A DNA stretch of 64,000 nt from Eledone cirrhosa (taxonomy: Eukaryota): assembly GCA_964016885.1 (NCBI GenBank), contig OZ024743.1, positions 159,774,001 to 159,838,000 on the forward strand, written 5' to 3'. Below the pieces are notes generated by a model, which did not search any database, was not told the origin of the DNA, and saw only the letters and a program-made list of their open reading frames with translations. Below are positions 54,871 to 64,000 of this stretch, one piece after another. How positions within the stretch are numbered: position 1 is the first letter of the stretch; each line of letters opens with the position of its first letter. The position numbers and the translations under genes were made by a program.

Positions 54871-55537
54871 GTGTGTATGTATGGGTGTATGTATGTGTGT
54901 ATGAATGTATGTATGTATATATGGATGAGTGCATGTATGTTTGTGTATATTATACATCTGTGTGTCTCCCTTATATTAACATAATTTTGCTCACAGCTGC
55001 GTAACTACAAGCACGCATACTCTTTTTCGTACATACGGACACACACACACACACACATATACACGCACGCATACGCACGCGCACTCGTTTAGTTCTATAT
55101 ACAAAACGGTTTTTTTCCATTTCAGGTAGAGGCGCTCCATCATCCACTTTTCTAAAAAAGTATATTGTACACAAATCGCCAGTACTAATATATTTCTAAG
55201 AGATGGTAACATGAATGGACCTGTTATTTTTCCCTAAAATTTTTCCCTAAAATTTTTCCCTAAAAACTATTTTTTCCGAATCTGCCCTGCCCGTTCCTTC
55301 AATCTTTCCAATTACTCATTATTTTTTCAGATGTAGGACTGGCGTCCGAAACGTTAGACCCTCTTTCTGCTATTTCAAGCGTTAAAGAGAGAGATTTTGA
55401 GTTTATTTTGGTTGTATACCAACACCTCAGTATGCAGGCTGGAGCACTCGAAGTGCGCAGGTTGGTTTGGTTACTCCGGAGAAGTGTAAAATAAAGTTAA
55501 ATAAAAGTCAAATGATTAAAATTTAGCTTCGTTTATT

Positions 55538-55592
55538 ACTGCTATATATATTTCAGTGACAGCCATCTTTGGCTGTGACCTCTTCAGGCAGT
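55538..55592 (-). ncRNA. Type I hammerhead ribozyme motif
   Basis: ACTGC-CTGAAGA-GGT c ACAGCCA aaga TGGCTGT c ACT-GAAA-TATATA-TA-GCAGT; core and stems are intact. Confidence 0.88.
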
Positions 55593-55732
55593 TTGAATTA
55601 GTATGGTATAGACAAGTACATATGTTGTTTAGGTGTATGATATTGTCAATACTCTGATATGCCCAGTTCCTTGTTGGGTTGTTAATTCACTGGAGAACTG
55701 GAGTCATATGAATTCAAACATCCATATATGCA

Positions 55733-56215
55733 TACATACATATATGTATACAGACGTACAGTAGCATGTATATATATATACATACAGGCACACATACATA
55801 TATGCACGTATCAGTTTACCGAACATTTATTATAATGCTCGGTTTGTTCGTTTGTAAACAAACAAACAGCCTGAATTACGCCGTACAGTGTTTAGGCAAC
55901 CACGTCACCTTTTTGTTCAACACTGAAAGTATATACATTCGGACGTTCAACCATCTGGCAGAAAGGTATACGGTGCTGACGATAGCTAATAAGCTTGAAA
56001 CTAGTACATCGTTCCTGTGTCAGTGTTGAACAAAAAGGTGACGTGGTTGCCTGAACACTGTACGGCGTAATTCAGGCTGTTTGTTTGTTTACAAACGAAC
56101 AAAGCGAGCATTATAATAAATGTTCGGTAAACTGATACGTGCATATATGTATGTGTGCCTGTATGTATATATATATATACATGCTACTGTACGTCTGTAT
56201 ACATATATGTATGTA
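55733..56215. repeat. ~195-bp inverted repeat (55733-55926 / 56020-56215) enclosing an HHR
   Basis: Arms differ at only a few positions; the spacer is 93 bp. Confidence 0.95.
55970..56012 (+). ncRNA. Minimal type I hammerhead ribozyme motif
   Basis: ACGGTG-CTGACGA-t AGCT aata AGCT t-GAAA-CTAG-TA-CATCGT; palindromic ACTAGT stem III and a GUA site. Confidence 0.85.
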
Positions 56216-56230
56216 CGTATACATACATAC

Positions 56231-56385
<155 letters not shown>

Positions 56386-56775
56386 TTCAAGTGTAAGATA
56401 TTCTCCAGACAAATGTATCCGCATACGTACACTGCTAGGAATATTCTGTAAAGATAAGAGGGCTATTGAAATCAAAATCGATACTTCAATGATACAAATT
56501 TGATTGGCCACTAAGAGCATAAACTCCAAATGTTATCTTCTTTCGGGTTAGTGGTCAATCAAATGTGTACCATTGAAGTATAAGGTTCGATTTCAATAGA
56601 CCTCTTTTCTTTACACAAAATATCTACCTGAGTACGTATGCGTCCACGGTAAACATTTATTTTTGTCGTGGTTTTGATTTTTTCGCATCTCCGTGATATT
56701 GGGACAATACAAAGACCAAGCCCTAATTATAAAGTCTTGGTCATGTATATATATATGTGTATGTCTGTGTGTGTG

Positions 56776-56837
<62 letters not shown>

Positions 56838-56845
56838 TATATAGA

Positions 56846-59800
56846 TGTTGGATGGCATGGACCTGCCTCTCCAGGTGCCGAGCTGCAGGCCCACTGACTT
56901 TTCCTGGTTGATCATTGCTCCTGTCACCGCTTCGTATTCTCTTAGTGTAGTGCCGATCACCTCGATATGTTTGGCGTTCGACACCACTACGGTTACATCG
57001 TCCACATATGCTGAAACGGATCTTCCGCATCCTAGTTCGCTCGGGACCCCCTCAACGTCTCCAGTTTGTGCTGTAATGGCTCGAGAGTCAATACGTACAA
57101 GAGGGACGAGAAGGGACATCCTTGGCGGACCTAGCGCATGATGTTGAACGGTTCCGAAAGGTGACCGTTTACTCTCACCACAGATCTGATGTCGCTGTGC
57201 ATATCAGCGATCCAGCCGCCCTCAGGACTGCCGCTAGGTAACGATAGTCGACCCTATCGAAAGCTCTCGACTGATCTAAATTGATCAGGGACCCACCCGT
57301 GTTAGGTCCCCTAGCTACCCTCTCTACGATGTATCGCATGAGGTGGAGGTTATCGTGGATGGATCTCTCGGGAATGGCGCATGTCTGCGCCTCTCCCACC
57401 AGACCACCAACGACAAGCGCCAACCTCTTTGCTAGCACCTTGGCCAAAATCTTGAATTCTGTGTTTAGCAGAGTTATGGGCCTAAAATTATTTATGTTAT
57501 CCCCCTTATTCGGATCCTTTCTCAGCAGCGCCACAGCTCCTCGGCTCACAGAGCTGAAAATTCTCCCGTTCTGTTGCCAGTTGCAGTAGACATCCGCCAA
57601 GAGGCCTCCGAACAAGTCTGGCATCTGTACGTAAAATTCATAGGGCAGACCATCCAAACCAGGCGATTTACCCCTTGTGCAGCTAGTCATTGCCTCCCGT
57701 ACTTCAGCGGCTGTTATCGGCTTTTCGCAACACTCCGCCTCACTGGCCGAGAGCCGCGGCAGTCCGTTGAGGTAGATACTAAAGTCCATCCCTCGATCCG
57801 GCCCGCCGCTGCCCCCGAATAACTGAACGGAGTGTCGCTGAAAAGCTTCACACATTTGCCCGGGATCGAGTAGCATGCGCCCGTCGTGGTCCACCAAAGA
57901 CCGGATCGTGGCTTTGTTGCCACGACGCACCTCCGCCCCTCGGGCCCATTGAACTGCTTTCGTCTCCTCGTGTCTGAGAGCACGCACCCTAGCTCTGACA
58001 ACGCAGCCTTCGTGCTTTGCATTGAAGAATTGGTCAAGGGCCAATTTCGCCGCAAGTACGTCGGTCGCGATGCCTTTGCTGAGCGCCTCGTCTAATTTTC
58101 TAACTAATTATCCCTCTGCTCTATTTTCCTCTATTGCTAAAGCCTTACTAAACCTAATGGACTCTATTCTAATTGCTCTTTTCAGAGCAAACCACCACTT
58201 GTTGTTGACGATGGCCCCCGTCAACGCCCGCTTAACTAGTTCGCTAATACGGTCTCTGTAGGCCTTGCGCGCTGGTAAGGACGCGTTTAGCTTCCAGTAG
58301 CCGGGTCCTCGTCTATGAAACCTATCTAAGTCAAGCACAAAGATCACGAATGTGTGGTCCGTGTAGCTGACTACCTTGAATTGTGGACGCCCTATGCTAG
58401 AGCTATCTATTTCTCTACAAAATACTCTATCTAGATATGATCTGGATGACCCTATGCGATTTGTCCAAGTCCACATTGGCACATTCGGGAAATCCAATCG
58501 GTATTTGTCAGACAGTTCACAACGCCTAAGCAGGTTGGTGAGGCTCTTGCACCCTCCTCCCCTATCCGCTCATCCCACACAATCCCAGCGTGCATCTAAG
58601 ATCCCGTTCCAGTCGCCTACTAACCCTAAAGAGCGGGACGTTCCAAGAAAGTCTCCAGACGCCGGAAGAGATGAGGCCGCCCTGCTCCTGTCGGGACATA
58701 GACGGCCACTAGCCTGAAAGCTTGCCCGTCTCCGCTAGTCACGTCTAGCACCACCAACTTACCTTCTGTGTCCAGGAAGATGGCCCGTATGGCGAGATCC
58801 AAACCTCTCCGAAAAAGCACAGCAACTCCCCCCCCCCCGATCCGGACGGCTGGGAGATGCGTACACATCGTAGCCGCCGAAGTTGGTGCGAAGGCCCGTG
58901 CTTCGGAGATTCTGGTCTCGCTGATGGCCACCTACATCTATGTTTAGTGACCTGAGGTCGTTGAGCAGGTGGCCCTGCTTCCATGATGGCCCCAAGCCAC
59001 GCGCATTTATGCTGCCTATTCTGAGTGAGATCATGTTGAAATGGAGTGGAAAAGATGGGAAAGACCACTTACCTTACTTCTCGTAGAGGAAGGATGGTTT
59101 GTTCATCCTTTTCACTGCTTGTGGCCTCCTCCGGAATGATGAACTTATAAATGCTCCTGGAGAGTGTTTATCGGAAGTCTCCGATGTCTTTGGGGAATTA
59201 TTGTTTTAGTGTCGTGTACGTTTTCTGTGTGATGCGAGTGATCTGTATGTGTGGAGGTGGTGTGAACTTTTGGGTTGTTGTGTAGTCTTTTTCTGTTGAT
59301 GCTGGTGTCGTATTGCATGTAGTGTAATAATTGGTTGTCGTTCAAATTTAATGCTGTGTAGTGTGTATCGTTTTGGTTGTTTTGTTTTGTTTGCGTTTGT
59401 TGTGGGTTTGTTTCTGTTTCGCTTTTTGGTGACTTTTATGGTGTTGGTGATGGTGCTGTTGGGGTTAATGATGGTGATGGTGTTGGTGTTTGTGGTGATG
59501 GGGTTGGTGATGCTGGTGTGGATGGTGGCATATCTGTCCTAACTTTTTTGTTTGATAATTTATTTGTTTCTCTCTGTATTTTGTTTTTGGAGAGTGAAGG
59601 AAGATAATTTTTTTCTTTTTTGGTTTCTTTTTTTAATTTTTTCCTGATACCGTTTCCCACTCCTCGTCGTCACAATCTGTCTCCAGTTGCGATAAGCCGG
59701 GGAGCGGAAATTCCTACACAGACGTTGGTTTTGGTTGTGGCGTGGTGGATGGTATAGGCGCTGGTGCTAGTTCTGGCGCGTTGGGTGGTGGTGGTGTTGG

Positions 59801-61192
59801 TTTTGCTACTGTTGCTGGGGTTGTTGCTGTTACAGTTGCTTCTATTGTTGCTGCTGCCATTTCATCTGCTGGTGGTATTGATGGTTGAGTCACTGGGGTG
59901 GGTAAGAGAGGTGGCCTCAAGCTTTTAGCCTGAGGGCAGAAAGCCCTTAGGTGGGTTCCTTCACCACAAACGACACACCTAGGTCTTCTGCCCTCGACGA
60001 TTACGGTGAGGTGGCTGCCGTCAGTGAGGTCAATTACCTATTGGATCTCCTCAATGCTTTTATGGTCCGCTTAGATCAGGAGCTCCATCCCAGATCCGGA
60101 CCAGTTGTCCTGCTTTTCTTTCGCTATTTCAATTATCTTGGTGTTGGCCTCAATGCCGGCAAGGACGGCAGCCATTAGCCAGGGAATTTCGATGGCCGGT
60201 GGAACGTGGGTCACCCTGATCTTCAAAAGTCTCTGGCCACAATAGCTTGGGACGAGTGTGAAGTCGTCACTTCTTAATGGGGCCATGGAGTGTTCTCTGG
60301 CCTCCTGTGGTGTTTCAAAGAACACGTCCACGGTTCCATACTTCTGCCCACGTCTGATGTGGATTTTTTTTGCCCCCACATGTCCCAATTTTTTTGGATT
60401 TGGGACTCGGATGCCCGTTCCACTCGACGCGATTTTATGTTAATTGTCCGATAAGACACGGTGCATAGGCGACGTTGCTCCATTTTATTAGGTGGGGGTG
60501 AGGCTGACCCTGTACCCATCTTTCTTTACCATTCCTTTGGCTTCTTCTAATTCCTCCTGAGTTACCTGGATCGCTTCGCACGTTTTTGCTATTCTGGCAA
60601 AACTCAGGGTAGTTTTCTTAATTTCATTGTTGCTGTTGTTGTTATCGTTATTTTTGCTATTGTTAATTTTAGTTTCAGTTGTGGTGGTGGTGGCGTCAGT
60701 GGTGTTCGGTGTGGAAGAGTTCATTTTCGTTGAATTCATTTCGATATCACGAGTTAATTTATTTTTTTCTTTTGTTTCTTTTGTCGCTGTGGTTGTGGTG
60801 GCGGCTTTAACACCTGCAGTCATTGGTAATGGCGGGAAATAAATGTCTGCCTGAGACAAATTTAAAATATTGCAACTGCTTACATTTCCAGTGTTGGCAA
60901 ACGTAGCAATATTTACAATGGTGGTGTCGGTGTGAGGTGTTAGATTGTCAGGTAGGAGTGACACTGTGTCATCCATGATTTTTAAAAGAAACATTTTTTT
61001 GTTTGATAATTATAAAAAGTTTAAATTTTGGGCTCAAGGCCCCAATATCTTTGAGTGTCCTTTTCAGAAATCAATGTATGTACATTTATATACAGTTAAC
61101 AATAAAACATTCCATAAATGGCAATTTTAAACAACTGAAAATAACAAACCTTTGCGGAGCTCACGATGATACGATTTACTACGTAGGTCGCC
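56846..61192 (-). mobile_element. Tx1/L1-clade LINE with intact 5' end, 3' end lost at a (TA)n tract
   Basis: ORF1 from about 60994 with CVVCGEGTHLRAFC knuckle (about 59935-59980); ORF2 from 59034 (INARGL, AISET, SYLDRVF, KSPGLDGLP, LDQSRAFDRV, AYVDDV); preceded on its own strand by (ATT)n. Confidence 0.95.
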
Positions 61193-62149
61193 AATAATAA
61201 TAATAACAATAATAATAATAATGAAGAAAGGGAAGAAAACGCACATGGTGGATATATATCGTTATGGAATCGCTCCCGTAAGTTTTTGATTTTTACTTAT
61301 TTAAAACATCTGTGATAGAATAATTCTTATTACAAATGAACTATAAGATTACAGTTTTTAACGCTCAGCAAGCCACAACACATCACTTTACGGCATAGGG
61401 CCCAAATATTTAATATTTAATTTAGGATCAGAAATGTTATAGTCGAAAAAGCCAAAAATGACAAAATGGCTAAGTGGACAGACAGGCAAATAATTTCACC
61501 ACCAACACCACCACCGCCACCATCACCACTACCACGCCAACAACTCTAGTCAAGTTACCTCAACTTCTATTTCTACTTCAACTTCAACACCATCACTACA
61601 GTACTACGATCACATCACCACCACCACTGCCTCATTATCGCTACCGCAGGTATTCTCTCCCACTACCTCCTGCTAAGTACTACTAGCACAGCACCACCAC
61701 CACCACCACTGCCTCATTATCGCTTCCGCCGCTATTCTCTCCCACTACCTCCTGCTAAGACATGCATCGTAGTGTCCCCACTAAAAGAGGAAGGCATCAA
61801 AAGATATAAATAGACTGATTTGATGACACGGTCAAAATATCAAAAGAACAAAAATCAAAATCAAAACAGCACAGCAACAACGAAAAACGTAAAGAAAAGG
61901 AAAATAAAAAAGAAAAACAAACAGACAGACAGAGAAAGAAAAAAAAAAAAAAAACTAAGTCAGACATTCAAACATTACATTACAATGAAACTTATGCTTA
62001 TTCTTTTTTTTTTTTTTTTTACCTATTTGTTTGTTTGTTTATTTGTGTTCGTGTACAGCGTGATAGTGCCACACTAAAATCACCGGGGTGATAAAATCAC
62101 CGGTGGTTATGTAACCATACATTCACTAATCCTCGATAAGAGTGTTTCA

Positions 62150-64000
62150 ATGTCGAACCTAAACAGTTCGAATAACGGTGAAGTGGAGGCTGGAATGTCA
62201 TGTGACAGACTCTCACCCAGCTGGTGCTCCCTGGCTCAGCAGCAGGGACCTGGCTGTTAACCAAATACTGCTGGTGTCGGAGAAAGAAGAAGGAAAGGGA
62301 CCAGAACCAACTGGACGAAAGAATTTAATAGAATTGTTATGCAATGTTACCTGAAGAGTAACCCCAAGGAGAAAGGCTATAGGAAACGGATGCATAACAT
62401 CTGGAACGAGATTGGTCTATTTAAATTAGATGAACAAAAATTGGCCGGGCAGGCTCGGTTAATAAGAACTAATGGGTGGATAAGCGAGCTGGAACTGGAG
62501 GAACTGAACAGAGATTAGGTTGGAAATGGAGAGTGGAGTATGCCAGGAAAACGAGCCAGTGGGAAATGAAGGTGAAGAGGTTGAGAGAACGGAGGAACCA
62601 TCCGAAGCAGACAATGATCTGAATGTTGAAATAAATAATACCTGGAACAAAGAGACGGCCATTGAGGAGATGAATGCTGACGGGCTAGGACAAGATTTGG
62701 TTGATATCCTAAACTTAGTGGTAGATGAATTGAACAATGATAGTGGGAAACCTATGAACCTAAGATTTGTAGATAGGAAAAAGTTAAAAGAAACAGCAGC
62801 TAAGGTAAACAAAGTCATCCCATACCTTGAGGCGAGAAGCCTTCACCAATGCAATAATATCCCCAAAGCAACAGCAAATGCGGTGAGGAAATTATTTGGC
62901 ATAAAAGCGAGAGGAAACAACAAACAAGAAAGATCAGAACCTTGGTGGAAGAAACGACTGAATGGTCAAATCGGGGAAATGAGAAATGACATTGGAAAGC
63001 TTGAGTCCCTACTGAATGGGACACTAAAAAACATAGACACTAAAAATAGACTGGAAATAAAGTACAAAACTAAGAGGAAAAAGCTAAATATTATCATAGA
63101 GGAACGGAAGCAAGGCATTGTAGCAAAGAGTGCAACAATTAGGCGATACGAGAACAGAGTCAGTCAGTATAGGCAGAACCGCATGTTTGACAACAACCAG
63201 AAGATGCTGTTTGGACAGCTTGAAGGGAAAGAAAGAGGCAACGACTTGATCCCTGAGGCGGAACAAACTTAGACATTCTGGAGAGGAATATGGGAGCAGG
63301 ATGTTAAACATAATGACCAGGCAGTGTGGATTGAGACAGTACAAAAGGAGATTAGTGAACTGGCACACCCCCGAACTGATTTGAGTATCACAGTTGAAAC
63401 TCTTAAGGGACAGGCCAAAAAACTAACCAACTGGAAATCACCAGACCCAGATGGTGTGCAGGGGTATTGGATTAAACATATAACATCCCTCAACCAGAAA
63501 CTGACAACCATGTTCAATGACTGCTTGATGTCAGGTGAGGTACCAGAGTGGTTGACAAAAGATCCCACAGTTCTGGTAATGAAAGACCGAATCAAGGGTA
63601 ATGATGTTACCAACTATAGACCTATCACATATCTGTCCGTAATGTGGAAACTGTTGACAAGCATTATGTCTGAGGAAATCTACCACACCTCCACACAAAC
63701 AACTTGTTACTGGACGAACAGAAAGGATGCCGAAAGAAGTCCCGTGGTACAAAGGACTAGTTACTTATTGATAAGAAGGTAATGAGGAATTGCAAGAGGA
63801 GACACACTGGTCTTGCCATGGGATGGATAGGCTACAAAAAGGCATTTGACATGGTGCCTCATTCATGGATCACCAAAAGCCTATAGATCTTCAAGGTGAC
63901 AGATAACATCAGACAGTTGTTGGGCAAAAGTATGAAGTCCTGGAAAACAGAGTTAACATCAGCTGGAGAATCCTTGGGAGGTGTGAAGATCAAGAGAGCT
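62150..64000 (+). mobile_element. R4/Dong-type LINE, N-terminal region and RT start, continues past the window; frameshifted
   Basis: NWTKEFNRIVMQCY..GYRKRMHNIW..EQKLAGQAR, EPWWKKRL, QNRMF, NWKSPDPDGVQGYWIK, NYRPIT and YKKAFDMVPHSWI. Confidence 0.93.

Noticed and set aside
55325-55360. Further HHR-like remnants (also near 35090-35125 and 46168-46200)
   Set aside because: Cores carry two or more changes and stem I is missing; too decayed to call.
56540-56600. tRNA-like A/B boxes (TAGTGG..GGTTCGATT)
   Set aside because: No cloverleaf; probably an eroded SINE head. SINE heads elsewhere are likewise not tRNA genes.
61617-61759. 62-bp direct repeat within CAC-rich sequence
   Set aside because: Simple slippage duplication in low-complexity DNA.

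Overview
AT-rich, repeat-saturated animal genomic DNA. The SINE families and microsatellite load suggest a cephalopod (Octopus-like) genome; this is inferred from recognising the repeats, not from a search. I find no convincing host protein-coding exon, and most listed ORFs are microsatellite read-throughs or transposon fragments. The window holds five decayed copies of a Tx1/L1-clade LINE (one near full length at 9.5-15.4 kb), several R4/Dong-type RLE LINE pieces, an RTE fragment, Penelope-like elements (PLEs), about ten copies of a tRNA-derived SINE, a second SINE, and a non-autonomous Helitron. The most notable signal is RNA structure. About ten well-formed type I hammerhead ribozyme (HHR) motifs and several decayed ones lie in fold-back or tandem non-coding repeats. 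The best case is a young 558/559-bp tandem-plus-inverted array at 38.5-40.8 kb with one HHR per unit, which resembles a retrozyme or non-autonomous PLE able to release ~558-nt monomer or circular RNAs. Two HHR copies elsewhere show compensatory base changes. A second theme is a shared (ATT/TAA)n insertion niche: the Tx1 LINE, the SINE (whose 3' tail resembles the Tx1 3' end) and Dong-type LINEs all stack into the same microsatellite. All structures and coordinates were read by eye.
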